A stretch of DNA of 60,870 nt from Pseudomonadota bacterium (GCA_021805245.1 JAJZFS010000013.1:1-60870), one strand, 5' to 3'; numbered from the stretch's first letter, positions 29,817 through 40,100 are shown. Program-made: numbers and translations. The notes: a model not told the origin generated them from the sequence alone.

Positions 29817-30344
29817 TCATACGCCTAAAATCCTCATGACCGCCGCTGCGACCTCTTCCGGCGGCAATGCGGCGTCGACCACCGGCCATGTCACATCCCC
29901 CGCCTCCAGTTCCGCCTGCATTTGGACGATCCTTGCGCCGGCGTCGGAAGCATCGCCTTTGCGCCTTTCCACGCGGTCGATCAGAATATTCAAATCCGTC
30001 TGCAGCCAAATCCCGGTGAACCGCGCGTCGGCGGTGCGCGCCAGTTTTTCCACTTGCCTGCGCGACGGCGCGGGCGAAAACGTCGCGCTGACAATCACGT
30101 TTTTTCCCGCCGCGATATGTTCCGAGGCCTGCCGCTCCACTTCGGCAATCACGCGCCGTGTCGCTTCCGGCGTATAAGCCTGCTCGGACAGGCGCGTAGT
30201 TTCCGCCACGCCGAAAAACGCTTTACGGGTGCGGTCGCTGTCCAGATGCACGGCGTTCGGGAGGCGCTTTAGCAACGCCGCCGCGAGCGACGTCTTCCCG
30301 CTGCCGGAAAGGCCGCCGATGGCTAACAGAAAAGGCTTTTCCAC
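29817..30344 (-). CDS. AAA_33-type P-loop kinase
   Basis: GGLSGSGKT, SDRTRKAFFG, R.GDASDA; GTG start inferred just after nusB stop. Confidence 0.8.
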   Translation of the reverse strand: MEKPFLLAIGGLSGSGKTSLAAALLKRLPNAVHLDSDRTRKAFFGVAETTRLSEQAYTPEATRRVIAEVERQASEHIAAGKNVIVSATFSPAPSRRQVEKLARTADARFTGIWLQTDLNILIDRVERRKGDASDAGARIVQMQAELEAGDVTWPVVDAALPPEEVAAAVMRILGV

Positions 30345-30351
30345 GGTGTTA

Positions 30352-30876
30352 TCAGTCCCGGACCGCTTTCGCGACCTTGTCGAGTATTGCGTTGACGATC
30401 TTCGGCTCGCTGCCGTCGTAAAAGCCCGTCGTGACATTGAGATAGTCGTTGATGATGATGCCCGTATCGGTTTTACCCTGCGCCATCAACTCGTAAATGC
30501 CCGCGCGCAGGATGCAGTCCAGCAGGGCTTCCGGATCGCTTTTCTTTCCGTCGGCCAGCGCCTTGGCGAGGATAACCTCGACATCCGCCCAGCGCGCCGC
30601 GATGCCACTGACAATCTCTTCAAGCAACTGCGTATCGGCTGGAACAAACTTGTCGCCATCGAGGTCGAATCCCACGCGCGTGTCGAGAAACTCGCGCAAG
30701 GCCGATTTCGCATCCTGATTGTTGAGGCGCATCTGGTAAAGCACCTGTACGGCGCCCAGACGCGCCGCCGTTTTACGGGCTTTGGGGGAACCGGCATTAC
30801 CCTTGACGACGCGCTTTTCCGGCGGCGCGCGCAGGCCTGATTTTCTCGGACCGGTTTTTTTCTTGATTGGTGCCAC
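30352..30876 (-). CDS. nusB: Transcription antitermination factor NusB
   Basis: ARLGAVQVLYQ, ILRAGIYEL, IINDY, VNAILDK. Confidence 0.92.
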   Translation of the reverse strand: MAPIKKKTGPRKSGLRAPPEKRVVKGNAGSPKARKTAARLGAVQVLYQMRLNNQDAKSALREFLDTRVGFDLDGDKFVPADTQLLEEIVSGIAARWADVEVILAKALADGKKSDPEALLDCILRAGIYELMAQGKTDTGIIINDYLNVTTGFYDGSEPKIVNAILDKVAKAVRD

Positions 30877-30881
30877 GCTTT

Positions 30882-31337
30882 CTAAGCTTTCTTGTAATTC
30901 TTTTTAAGGAAGTCGGTATAGTCCTCAACCTCGCGGAAGTCCTTGTAAACCGAGGCGTAACGCACATAAGAAACCGGATCGATCTTGGCCAGCGCCTTCA
31001 TCGCGCGCTCGCCGATCGCTTTGGTCGTGACGTCCGCATCGCCGGACGCTTCCAGCTGGCGGACAATCTCGCTCGCTGTGCGCTCGATGACCTCCGGTTC
31101 GACAGGGCGGCGGCGCGTCGCCAGTTTCAGCGAGCGCACCAGTTTTTCGCGATCAAAATTTTCGCGACGGCCGTCCACTTTAATCACCGTCAGGTCGCGC
31201 AACTGCACGCGCTCGAAGGTGGTGAAACGCGCATCGCAGTGCGCGCATTCGCGGCGGCGGCGGATGGCGGAATTGTCCTCGCTCGGACGGGAGTCCTTGA
31301 CCTGCGTGTCTTCATGGCTGCAAAAGGGGCATCTCAT
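30882..31337 (-). CDS. nrdR: Transcriptional repressor NrdR
   Basis: [37 protein letters not shown]. Confidence 0.96.
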   Translation of the reverse strand: MRCPFCSHEDTQVKDSRPSEDNSAIRRRRECAHCDARFTTFERVQLRDLTVIKVDGRRENFDREKLVRSLKLATRRRPVEPEVIERTASEIVRQLEASGDADVTTKAIGERAMKALAKIDPVSYVRYASVYKDFREVEDYTDFLKKNYKKA

Positions 31338-31341
31338 GTTT

Positions 31342-32652
31342 TTACTCCATCTCGTAGATCGGGAACTTGCGGCACAGCTCCAGCACGCGCTTCGCCACAT
31401 CCTGTTCGACCGCTGCGTTGTTCTCCGCGCCGTTCCTGGCAAGGCCGTCCAGCACTTCGAGGATGTAGGCGCCGACCGTTTCGAACTCCTTGACACCAAA
31501 GCCGCGGGTCGTCGCCGCGGGGCTGCCAAGCCGCACGCCGGAGGTGACCATCGGCTTTTCGGGGTCGAAGGGAATGGCGTTTTTGTTGCACGTCATCCGC
31601 GCGCGCTCGAGGCTGACTTCGACCACGCGGCCGGTGAGCTTTTTGGGACGGAGATCGACAAGCACAAGGTGGCAATCCGTGCCGCCGGAAACAATGTCCG
31701 TGCCGCCTTTTTTCAAGGTCGCAGCCAGCACGCGAGCGTTGTCTAGCACGCGCTGCTGATAGGCCTTGAACGACGGCTTCAGCGCTTCGCCGAAAGCGAC
31801 CGCCTTGGCGGCGATCACATGCTCAAGCGGCCCGCCTTGCAGGCCAGGGAACACGGCGGAGTTGATTTTCTTCGCCAGATCCTCGTCGTTGGTAAGGATA
31901 ATGCCGCCGCGCGGGCCGCGCAGCGTTTTGTGCGTCGTCGAGGTGGTAATGTGCGCGTGCGGCACGGGGCTGGGATAGAGACCCGCCGCGACCAGACCGG
32001 CATAGTGCGCCATATCGACCATGAGATATGCGCCGACGTCGTCTGCGATCTTGCGGAAACGCGCGAAATCGATCGGGCGCGGATAGGCCGACGCGCCGGC
32101 GATGATCATTTTCGGTTTATGCTCGTGCGCCAGCTTTTCGACTTCGTCCATGTCGATCAGGCCATCTTCCTTACGCACACCGTATTGCACGGCGTTGAAC
32201 CATTTGCCGGAGAGGTTGGGCTTCGCGCCGTGCGTCAGGTGGCCGCCGGCGGCGAGCGCCTGGCCCAAAATCGTGTCGCCCGGCTGCAACAAGGCCAGCA
32301 CGACCGCCTGATTAGCCTGCGCACCGGAGTGCGGCTGGACGTTGGCGAATTTTGCATCATAGAGCTTGCAAATGCGGTCGATGGCGATCTGCTCGGAAAT
32401 ATCGACAAATTCGCAACCGCCGTAATAGCGCTTGCCCGGATAGCCCTCGGCATATTTGTTGGTCAGCACCGAGCCTTGCGCCTGCATCACGGCGCGGGAG
32501 ACGATGTTCTCGGAGGCTATCAGCTCGATCTGGTCCTGCTGACGGCCCAGCTCTTTTTCGATCGCGGAAAAAATTTCCGGATCGGCCAGCGCCAGATCGG
32601 TTGTGAAAAATCCGTTTTCAGCAGTTTCCAAGTTTTTTAACGCGTTCTGCAT
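31342..32652 (-). CDS. glyA: Serine hydroxymethyltransferase
   Basis: [43 protein letters not shown] before ATG 32652. Confidence 0.97.
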   Translation of the reverse strand: MQNALKNLETAENGFFTTDLALADPEIFSAIEKELGRQQDQIELIASENIVSRAVMQAQGSVLTNKYAEGYPGKRYYGGCEFVDISEQIAIDRICKLYDAKFANVQPHSGAQANQAVVLALLQPGDTILGQALAAGGHLTHGAKPNLSGKWFNAVQYGVRKEDGLIDMDEVEKLAHEHKPKMIIAGASAYPRPIDFARFRKIADDVGAYLMVDMAHYAGLVAAGLYPSPVPHAHITTSTTHKTLRGPRGGIILTNDEDLAKKINSAVFPGLQGGPLEHVIAAKAVAFGEALKPSFKAYQQRVLDNARVLAATLKKGGTDIVSGGTDCHLVLVDLRPKKLTGRVVEVSLERARMTCNKNAIPFDPEKPMVTSGVRLGSPAATTRGFGVKEFETVGAYILEVLDGLARNGAENNAAVEQDVAKRVLELCRKFPIYEME

Positions 32653-33115
32653 GGCGTCCTCCTTCAAATGTCGTGTTCAAAAAAACTCCGATACATTCCA
32701 GCGCGACGGCAGGGCCTATCAATCGCGCGCCCATCGCCAGCACGTTGGCATCGTTGTGCAACCGCGCAAGCCGCGTCGAGGTGACATCGTGACACAGGGC
32801 GGCGCGCACTTTCGGGTTTCTGTTGGCGGCAATGCTGATGCCGATGCCGCTGCCGCAAATCGCGATGCCGCGCTCCGCCTTGCCCGCCGCAATCGCCTCC
32901 GCAAGTGCCTGGCCGTAGTCGGGATAATCGACGCGCTCGGTGGAATGGGTGCCGAGATCCAGCACTTCATAGCCCGCCGATTCCAGATATTCGACAATAT
33001 TGTTCTTCAGATCAAAGCCGGCATGGTCTGCGGCGATGGCGACTATTTTATGTGCGTCCGAGATTTTATGTGCGTCCGGCAAAGGCACGACCCCATATTT
33101 TGATAAAACTGCCAC
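32618..33115 (-). CDS. rpiB: Ribose-5-phosphate isomerase B
   Basis: [35 protein letters not shown]. Confidence 0.95.
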   Translation of the reverse strand: MAVLSKYGVVPLPDAHKISDAHKIVAIAADHAGFDLKNNIVEYLESAGYEVLDLGTHSTERVDYPDYGQALAEAIAAGKAERGIAICGSGIGISIAANRNPKVRAALCHDVTSTRLARLHNDANVLAMGARLIGPAVALECIGVFLNTTFEGGRHAERVKKLGNC

Positions 33116-33172
33116 TTCTATACCAGATATGGTAGTCGGAGGCTAACAATATCACGTTTGATATTAACATAA

Positions 33173-33187
33173 TTAATTAAAACTTAA
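33173..33187. promoter_or_regulatory. CtrA-like box (TTAA-N7-TTAA)
   Basis: TTAA-TTAAAAC-TTAA, 41 bp upstream of the 33229 ORF; region is AT-rich so a chance match is possible. Confidence 0.4.
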
Positions 33188-33228
33188 TGTCTGGCTGTTA
33201 AAATTGAGGCAGTCGCGAAAGATCCGCT

Positions 33229-33918
33229 ATGAGCCGTTTTCTGCCTCAAAAAATGCTGTTTCATGCCATCCCCTGCGCGCCGCAGGGGGAGGCCATCACA
33301 ACCAGCATCAATTACGGCGCAGACATCCCCGCCGCCGAGCGGGAAAAACTCGGCATGCCGCCGGACGAGCAGACACCGCTGGTCTTTGCCGCCACGAACC
33401 TCGATAAGGCGCTGGCTTTCACCATCATCAAGGGCGAAAAGCTGTTCAATACTTTTGTGGATTCCGCGCAAGCTGAAATCGCCGTTGTCGTTGACCGTGA
33501 AAAATTCATGTCGCGCGAACGCAACGCGACGATTTTCACCTTCCCCGACGACGGTTTTGTGCAACTCTTGAACTGCCAAAACCAAAGCGTATCAACAAAG
33601 GCCGTGCCATTCGCCAAAACGGAGGTCGCTGCGACAATAAAAAGCGCCAAAGACATGATGCGCCACGGCTTGCAAATTTTCTCTTTCGAAAAAAGTTTCG
33701 GGGATACCTATGGTGACAAGGATGCGGAGAAACTGAGCGCGGCGAAAGACGATAAAGAGATGCTCGGCACCCTGTCGCAACTGGTCAAATCCGGCAAAGT
33801 CGTCTGGGAGAACCACGCCCGTAACATCAATCCCAATCCCGCTCTGGCGGAAACGATGGGGCTTTCAAAACCGCTGCCCGCTCCGCGGGTCAAAAGGACC
33901 CGCGATCCCAAAATTTGA
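33229..33918 (+). CDS. Hypothetical protein, possible ADP-ribosyltransferase (Arr-like) fold, with K/R/P-rich tail
   Basis: LFHA...PLVFAATNLDKALAF...TIFTFPDDGF...QSVSTKAVP spacing; ends KPLPAPRVKRTRDPKI. Confidence 0.6.
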   Translation: MSRFLPQKMLFHAIPCAPQGEAITTSINYGADIPAAEREKLGMPPDEQTPLVFAATNLDKALAFTIIKGEKLFNTFVDSAQAEIAVVVDREKFMSRERNATIFTFPDDGFVQLLNCQNQSVSTKAVPFAKTEVAATIKSAKDMMRHGLQIFSFEKSFGDTYGDKDAEKLSAAKDDKEMLGTLSQLVKSGKVVWENHARNINPNPALAETMGLSKPLPAPRVKRTRDPKI

Positions 33919-33920
33919 CT

Positions 33921-34136
33921 TTATGTAATCTTTCCATCCTTGTGCAGCACATATTCCAGCCTTGCCAAGGCATTCTGCCTGAAAACCGCCTCGCCGGCAT
34001 GCAGCGGCGCCTGAATGGAGATCTCCGTCATCGTCTCCACATCCATCGCCGAGACGCGCATAATGTTGCCGACCGGCCTGAATTCGAAGATAATCTCACG
34101 CCCCGCGAGCTTGTTTAGTGGTGTGTTTTCTGTCAT
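33921..34136 (-). CDS. Small conserved alphaproteobacterial protein (DUF6898-like)
   Basis: REIIFEFRPVGNIMRVSAMD..TMTEISIQAP...ALARLEY. Confidence 0.7.
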   Translation of the reverse strand: MTENTPLNKLAGREIIFEFRPVGNIMRVSAMDVETMTEISIQAPLHAGEAVFRQNALARLEYVLHKDGKIT

Positions 34137-34162
34137 GATTTTCAAATCATAGGAAAAAAGAA

Positions 34163-35392
34163 ATGACAGCACAACCGGCCGTTAAAATCATGATGGAAAA
34201 ATCGAAACTCAAACCAGCGTTCAAATGGGAAGATCCGCTTCTCTTCGACGATCAGTTGACCGACGAAGAGCGCATCATTCAGGACAGTGCCCGTGCGTAC
34301 GCGCAGGACAAGCTCCTCCCCCGCATCATCGAAGCCCACCGGCAGGAAAAATTCCACCGCGAGATCATGAACGAGATGGGCGAGTTCGGCCTGCTCGGCT
34401 CGACCATTGAGGGCTACGGCTGTGCGGGCGTGAATTACGTTTCCTACGGGCTGATCGCCCGCGAAGTCGAGCGCGTGGACAGCGGCTACCGCTCCGCGCT
34501 TTCCGTGCAATCGTCGCTTGTCATGTATCCGATCTCCATTTTCGGCACCGAAGAGCAAAAGAAAAAATATCTGCCCAGGCTCGCCACCGGCGAATGGGTC
34601 GGCTGCTTTGGCCTCACCGAACCCGACGGCGGCTCCGACCCCGGCAGCATGAAAACCCGTGCGGTCAAAACAAAAGACGGCTATATCCTCAAAGGCGCGA
34701 AGATGTGGATCACCAATTCGCCGATCGCCGACGTTTTCGTCGTCTGGGCGAAAGAGGTCGATGAAAAGGGCAACGTCGGCGACATCCGCGGCTTTATCCT
34801 TGAAAAAGGCATGAAAGGTCTCTCCGCGCCGAAGATCGAGGGCAAGTTCTCGCTCCGCTCCTCCATCACCGGCGAGATCGTCATGGACGACGTATTCGTG
34901 CCGGAGGAAAACAAGTTCCCCGACGTCAAAGGTCTCACCGGCCCGTTCTCCTGCCTCAACAGCGCGCGGTACGGCATCGCGTGGGGCGTGCTCGGCGCGG
35001 CGGAATTCTGCTGGCATCAGGCGCGCAACTATACGCTCGACCGCAATCTCTTCGGCAAGCCGCTCGCCGCCAACCAGCTTATTCAAAAGAAACTCGCCGA
35101 CATGCAGACGGAAATCACCCTCGGCCTGCAAAGCGTGCTGCGCCTCGGCCGCCTCAAGGACGAAGACCGCGCCGCGCCGGAAGCAATTTCATTGATGAAG
35201 CGCAACAACTGCGGCAAATCCCTCGAGATCGCGCGCATGGCGCGGGACATGCTCGGCGGCAACGGCATTTCGGACGAATATCACATCATCCGCCACGTCG
35301 TGAACCTTGAAACGGTCAATACCTACGAGGGCACGCACGACATCCACGCGCTCATCCTCGGGCGGGCGATGACTGGCATCGCCGCGTTTTGA
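34163..35392 (+). CDS. gcdH: Glutaryl-CoA dehydrogenase
   Basis: [54 protein letters not shown]. Confidence 0.93.
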   Translation: MTAQPAVKIMMEKSKLKPAFKWEDPLLFDDQLTDEERIIQDSARAYAQDKLLPRIIEAHRQEKFHREIMNEMGEFGLLGSTIEGYGCAGVNYVSYGLIAREVERVDSGYRSALSVQSSLVMYPISIFGTEEQKKKYLPRLATGEWVGCFGLTEPDGGSDPGSMKTRAVKTKDGYILKGAKMWITNSPIADVFVVWAKEVDEKGNVGDIRGFILEKGMKGLSAPKIEGKFSLRSSITGEIVMDDVFVPEENKFPDVKGLTGPFSCLNSARYGIAWGVLGAAEFCWHQARNYTLDRNLFGKPLAANQLIQKKLADMQTEITLGLQSVLRLGRLKDEDRAAPEAISLMKRNNCGKSLEIARMARDMLGGNGISDEYHIIRHVVNLETVNTYEGTHDIHALILGRAMTGIAAF

Positions 35393-35395
35393 GGA

Positions 35396-35701
35396 TCAGC
35401 CAAGCCACGCGCTTGCAACACGGTACTTTCCATCCGGCGCCCTGCCGACATAGACGTTGACGCGATCTTTCCTGTTGTAGTCCATCATGCCGGCAGTGCC
35501 TGGAAAGAATACGCGCAAACTCAATCCGTTATCCTTGGCGGTTTTCTTCATTTCCTTTAAGGTTGGTTCACTCTTTGCAGGGCGTACATCGATGAGAGTA
35601 TAAGTTTCTTTTCCGACATTAAGCGCTTTTGGATTCTCGATAACCTGAATTTCCTTGCCCGCAAAGCGGTTGAAAACAGCTATAACGCTAGCGTTATCCA
35701 T
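35396..35701 (-). CDS. Protease inhibitor I78/potato-I-like protein, copy 4
   Basis: FNRFAGKEIQV...LRVFFPGTAGMMDYNRKDRVNV; own putative promoter TTGACT-N16-TAAAAT at 35767-35740. Confidence 0.75.
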   Translation of the reverse strand: MDNASVIAVFNRFAGKEIQVIENPKALNVGKETYTLIDVRPAKSEPTLKEMKKTAKDNGLSLRVFFPGTAGMMDYNRKDRVNVYVGRAPDGKYRVASAWLG

Positions 35702-35805
35702 TTGAACTTATTCCTTATGGTAATTAATTTTCTCCGGCTATTTTACACAAAACATCCTGCTAGTCAAGCATAAGATAAAATAGATAAAAACGACTGGAAG
35801 CGCGG

Positions 35806-36126
35806 TCAGCCGATCATCACGCTTCTGGTGACGCGATAGGTGCCGTCCGCCGCCTTGTCGATGTCGATGTTAACGCGGTCGCCATGGTATGACATCTTGC
35901 CGGCGGTGAAAATGCTGAGGGTATGGGGAAACAGCAGGCGCAAGCTCAGACCGTGATCTCTGGCGGCCTTTTCCATTTCCTTCACGACCGGATCGTCCTT
36001 GGCGGGGCGCAGCCCTTCCAGAAGGTATTTTTTGCCGGCGATGTCGATTCTCTTCTCGTGCCTAACCACATGGATTTCCCGCCCCGCGAAGCGGTTGAAA
36101 ACTGCATGAAGGCTATCGCTATCCAT
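35806..36126 (-). CDS. Protease inhibitor I78/potato-I-like protein, copy 3
   Basis: FNRFAGREIHV...LRLLFPHTLSIFTAGKMSYHGDRVNI; AGGAG RBS. Confidence 0.72.
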   Translation of the reverse strand: MDSDSLHAVFNRFAGREIHVVRHEKRIDIAGKKYLLEGLRPAKDDPVVKEMEKAARDHGLSLRLLFPHTLSIFTAGKMSYHGDRVNIDIDKAADGTYRVTRSVMIG

Positions 36127-36149
36127 GTCCTTTCTCCTTAAAAAAGAGA

Positions 36150-36452
36150 TCAGCCGATCGTCGCGCCACCGACGCGCCATTTGCCGTCCGGCGCCTTGCC
36201 GACGTGGACATTGACGCGATCCGTCCGGAAATCCATCGTGCCGACGGTGCCGGGGAACCAGACGCGCAGGCGCAGGCCGTTGTCGTGCGCCACCTTTTGC
36301 ATTTCTTTCAGGGTCGGCTCGTCCTTGACGGGCTGCACTTCGTCGAACGAATATTCTTTGCCGCCGATATTCATCTTCCGCGACGTCTCGACGACCTGAA
36401 TTTCCTTGCCCGCAAAGCGGTTGAAGATGGCGCTGATGCTGTTGTTGTCCAT
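36150..36452 (-). CDS. Protease inhibitor I78/potato-I-like protein, copy 2
   Basis: FNRFAGKEIQV...LRVWFPGTVGTMDFRTDRVNV (canonical TMDxRxDRxN); AGGAG RBS. Confidence 0.8.
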   Translation of the reverse strand: MDNNSISAIFNRFAGKEIQVVETSRKMNIGGKEYSFDEVQPVKDEPTLKEMQKVAHDNGLRLRVWFPGTVGTMDFRTDRVNVHVGKAPDGKWRVGGATIG

Positions 36453-36471
36453 TTTATGCTCCTGAAAAAAA

Positions 36472-36768
36472 TTAACCGATGGTGAACTTGTCGCTGACGC
36501 GGTACTTGCCGTCTTCGCCCTTGGTGACATGCACGTTGAGACGGTCCTTCCTGTAATCGCAGGAGCGCGTGCTCTCCGAAAACCATACGCGCAACGTCAG
36601 CCCCTTCTCGCTGGCGGCGCGCTTCATAGCCTTCAACACAGGGTCGTTTTTGTCCGGTTTAATATCGCCATAGGCATAGCTGCTCCTGCCGAAGCTCAGA
36701 AAGACGTATTTTTCTTCAACTTGAATTTCCTTGCCCGCATATTTGTTAAAAATTTTCGCGATGTCCAT
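36472..36768 (-). CDS. Protease inhibitor I78/potato-I-like protein, copy 1
   Basis: FNKYAGKEIQV...LRVWFSESTRSCDYRKDRLNV. Confidence 0.75.
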   Translation of the reverse strand: MDIAKIFNKYAGKEIQVEEKYVFLSFGRSSYAYGDIKPDKNDPVLKAMKRAASEKGLTLRVWFSESTRSCDYRKDRLNVHVTKGEDGKYRVSDKFTIG

Positions 36769-36911
36769 TTTTGGTCTCTCTAAAATGATTGGTGAATAAT
36801 GATGAGGCGGGTTTTAAACGTCTTATCCACAAAAGACAAGGTGGATTTTCCGAAGTGAAACTATTTATTTTGAATTACACCTTTTTTGTGTTTCTCCCTG
36901 AAAAATAACAT

Positions 36912-37721
36912 TTATTTTCCCGCAATTTTAGCTTTTAAACGCGCGGGATAGAGGATCGGAGACAGTTTTTCCCACCAGGCGCGATCGGGTGCGACAAGCA
37001 GAAAAGCCCACCCGAGCAGCGTCGGGTCGTAAGGCGTATCCGAATCGTTCATGGCGACGTATCCGCCTGCCTCCGCGGCAATCAGGTTCGTCGCGCCATG
37101 ATCCCACGGCGTCACCTTCGGCATATGCACGACAAAGTCCGCGTCGCCGGTGATAAAATCCATGTAATCGTGCAAAGAGCAACGCTGCGCGACCAGTTCC
37201 TTGAAATGCTCCGCAGCGCGAAACCCGCTGCCGCGCCCCTTGAGCTCGCCCTCTACCGAAGCTGTGCAGGAAATTTTCACGCGTTCGCCGTCAAGATACG
37301 TTCCCGCACCCCGCGACGCCACGGCCATGCGGTTGCCTGGTGCATCGAACGCCCAGCCGTACAGCGTTTCCCCGTTTTGCACCAGCGAGACAAGAATGCC
37401 GAATTTGCGGATGCCGTGCGAGAAATTGTAGGTGCCGTCCACCGGATCGATCACCCACACCGGCTGATCGTCTTTCAATTTTTTAACGACGGATTCATCT
37501 TTCGCAACAGCCTCCTCGCCCACCACCAGAGAGCCGGGCAGAAGATCGGTCAGGAGAGTGCCGAACATCTTTTCTGATTCTTCATCAGCGATGGTGACGA
37601 AATCGCCCGGGCCTTTTTCATGAATCTCGGATTCAAGCAGATTATTGAAGCGTGGCATCACAACGTCTGCCGATACATGGCGGATGATCTCTTCGACTTT
37701 TTTTACATCTATATCGGTCAT
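36912..37721 (-). CDS. Inositol monophosphatase family protein
   Basis: DFVTIAD, VVGEE, WVIDPVDGTYNF, PWDHGA. Confidence 0.9.
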   Translation of the reverse strand: MTDIDVKKVEEIIRHVSADVVMPRFNNLLESEIHEKGPGDFVTIADEESEKMFGTLLTDLLPGSLVVGEEAVAKDESVVKKLKDDQPVWVIDPVDGTYNFSHGIRKFGILVSLVQNGETLYGWAFDAPGNRMAVASRGAGTYLDGERVKISCTASVEGELKGRGSGFRAAEHFKELVAQRCSLHDYMDFITGDADFVVHMPKVTPWDHGATNLIAAEAGGYVAMNDSDTPYDPTLLGWAFLLVAPDRAWWEKLSPILYPARLKAKIAGK

Positions 37722-39079
37722 GACCCCTGCGCCTTTTTCTTTTTTGTTTTTGTTTTCGCCTTAATCAGCTTGTAAGGGAATTGAGCGCCGAACCGCTCGA
37801 TATCGGCGGGGTCAAGCCCGACGCGCACACGGGCATATTCGTCGTTGTCTTTTCTGTCGAGAACATGCCCGCGGTCGTAAAGCCAGGCCAGCGCCTTTCC
37901 GTCTACCAGGCTGATGTCGGCCTGCATGACCTGCCTGTCTTTGCCGAGCAAGCCATCGATCGTCTCCAGCAAATCATCGAGCCCCTCGCCCGTCACGGCG
38001 GAAATGGCGACGATGTTTTTGTGCCGCGCACTACGGGCGACTGCCGCCTTGCGCTCACGCACCGGCAGCTTGTCGATTTTGTTCAAAACCTCGACGAGAC
38101 GCGGATCGTTTTCGCTATCGATGCCGAGGTCTTGCAAAATCGACAGCACATCCTCTTTCTCCGCTTCGGTGTTTGCCGCTGAAATATCACGTACATGGAG
38201 AATAACCGTAGCTTCCAGAACTTCTTCCAGCGTGGCGCGGAAGGCGGCGACAAGGTGCGTCGGCAAGTCGGAAATAAACCCGACCGTATCCGACATCACG
38301 GCTTTTTTGCCCGATGGCAATTTGAGCGCGCGCATGGTGGTATCCAGCGTCGCGAAGAGGAAATCCTTGGCGAACACTTCCGCACCGGTCATGCGGTTGA
38401 ACAGCGTCGATTTTCCCGCATTTGTGTAACCGACGATGGCGACGACGGGATAAGGCTCGCGCTTGCGCGCCGAGCGCTGGATGGCGCGGTTTTGGCGCAC
38501 CTTTTCCAGTTCGCTTTTAAGCTTCTTGATGCGCTCGTCAAGCATGCGGCGGTCGAGCTCTTTCTGCGTTTCACCTGGGCCGCCGGTAAAGCCGCCACCG
38601 CCGCGCTGACGCTCGAGGTGCGACCAGGCTTTGACAAGGCGCGAACGCTGATAATTGAGCGCGGCGAGATCGACCTGCAGTTTCCCTTCTTTGGTGCGGG
38701 CGCGCGCGCCGAAAATCTCCAAAATTAACCCCGTGCGGTCGATGACCTTTGCGTGCCACTCCTTTTCGAGGTTGCGCTGCTGCACCGGCGAAAGCGCACA
38801 ATCGACATAGACCAGCCCGACGGTCTCGCCGTTGTCGTGATATTCGTGGATCAAATCTGTAATGCGCTGGACGACGCCGGAGCCGATCAGCGAGGCGGGC
38901 GTTGCCGTTTTCAGCTTGACGATTTCGGCATGAACGATTTCAAGATCGATCGCGTGCGCCAACCCCATCGCCTCTTCCAGCGCGGCGTCGGGGTCACGTT
39001 CGAAAGTGCGGGAAGTGGCGCCATCGCCTGTTGTGGCCGCCATCAGGGACGGGTGCAGGATGATGACTTTTTCGTTCAT
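37718..39079 (-). CDS. hflX: Ribosome-splitting GTPase HflX
   Basis: [39 protein letters not shown]. Confidence 0.96.
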   Translation of the reverse strand: MNEKVIILHPSLMAATTGDGATSRTFERDPDAALEEAMGLAHAIDLEIVHAEIVKLKTATPASLIGSGVVQRITDLIHEYHDNGETVGLVYVDCALSPVQQRNLEKEWHAKVIDRTGLILEIFGARARTKEGKLQVDLAALNYQRSRLVKAWSHLERQRGGGGFTGGPGETQKELDRRMLDERIKKLKSELEKVRQNRAIQRSARKREPYPVVAIVGYTNAGKSTLFNRMTGAEVFAKDFLFATLDTTMRALKLPSGKKAVMSDTVGFISDLPTHLVAAFRATLEEVLEATVILHVRDISAANTEAEKEDVLSILQDLGIDSENDPRLVEVLNKIDKLPVRERKAAVARSARHKNIVAISAVTGEGLDDLLETIDGLLGKDRQVMQADISLVDGKALAWLYDRGHVLDRKDNDEYARVRVGLDPADIERFGAQFPYKLIKAKTKTKKKKAQGS

Positions 39080-39342
39080 TCTTGTTTATCGGCATCCGCT
39101 GGGGAGTCGTCTTCCTCGTCATCGAACAGCCGGACGGCAGACGCCGGCATGATGGTAGAAATCGCATGCTTGTATATCAACTGCGAGTGCGAGTCGCGGC
39201 GCAGCAGCATGGAAAAATTGTCAAACCAGGTGATCATCCCCTGCAGCTTGACGCCGTTCACCAGAAATACGGTGACCGACACTTTTTCCTTGCGGATTTT
39301 GTTTAAAAATTTGTCCTGTAGGTTCTGGCTTTTCTCAGTCAT
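39076..39342 (-). CDS. hfq: RNA chaperone Hfq
   Basis: [28 protein letters not shown]. Confidence 0.97.
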   Translation of the reverse strand: MTEKSQNLQDKFLNKIRKEKVSVTVFLVNGVKLQGMITWFDNFSMLLRRDSHSQLIYKHAISTIMPASAVRLFDDEEDDSPADADKQE

Positions 39343-39431
39343 GCCCGCAGCATCCTCGTTTTCAAAAATGATTTAATTAACAAATATGGCTGTATTTAAA
39401 GGAGAATCCCCCTAAAGCACAAGGGAAATCC

Positions 39432-40100
39432 TCATTCATTCACGTAAAAAACGCCGTTGATAAATTCCATAAGATCAGAATGTTTCCTGAACCGCCGCAA
39501 AGGCGGGTGGTTGCGCAGCGTTTCTTCCGGCGGGGGCTTGGTCTCGATCAGCAGGCCTGAGCAGCCCGCATTGGCGGCGCAGAGCATGTCCGTATGACTG
39601 TCGCCGACGAACCAGACGTCGCTGCCGAGGGCGATACCGCTGCCCTCGAGCGCCATATGGACGGGCGCCGGATCGGGCTTGTCCGCCGCCGCGTCACCCG
39701 CGCCGACGACCCTTCCGAAGTAGCGGTTAAAGCCCGCATCGGCCGTCTCGGTGCGCAAAAGCGGCCCGCGCTTGTTGCTGACCACGGCCAAATAAACGTT
39801 GTTGTCGCTTAAGGTTTTCAGCACCGGTTCGACATCGGGGTATACGGGAAGATGTTCACGGAACAGCGAGTGCAGCTCATCGAAAAAGATTTTGTCCGCC
39901 TCCTGCCAGCGGTCGCCGAACAGCTCCCGAAAAATATCGCGCGCCGAAGGCCCGCACCGGCGGCGGGCTTCGTCGTCCGACCACGGCCTTTCGCCCATGG
40001 CGACCAGAGCGGTGTTGAGGGATTTCAGCGACGGGCCCCAGCTGTCGATGATGGTGTCGTCCCAGTCGAAGATCACGGCGTGTGGTTTAGAGATGGTCAT
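39432..40100 (-). CDS. HAD-family hydrolase (phosphoglycolate phosphatase-like)
   Basis: FDWDDTIID, VSNK, KPDP, VGDS..D. Confidence 0.88.
   Translation of the reverse strand: MTISKPHAVIFDWDDTIIDSWGPSLKSLNTALVAMGERPWSDDEARRRCGPSARDIFRELFGDRWQEADKIFFDELHSLFREHLPVYPDVEPVLKTLSDNNVYLAVVSNKRGPLLRTETADAGFNRYFGRVVGAGDAAADKPDPAPVHMALEGSGIALGSDVWFVGDSHTDMLCAANAGCSGLLIETKPPPEETLRNHPPLRRFRKHSDLMEFINGVFYVNE

Noticed and set aside
36823..36831. Perfect DnaA box TTATCCACA upstream of the inhibitor array
   Set aside because: Isolated; equal matches occur inside genes at 6920 and 23743, and there is no box cluster or oriC gene context
37718..37765. Lys-rich HflX C-terminus as another member of the tail set
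   Set aside because: No prolines in the terminal stretch and a core ribosome-associated protein; noted only as a caveat to the tail hypothesis
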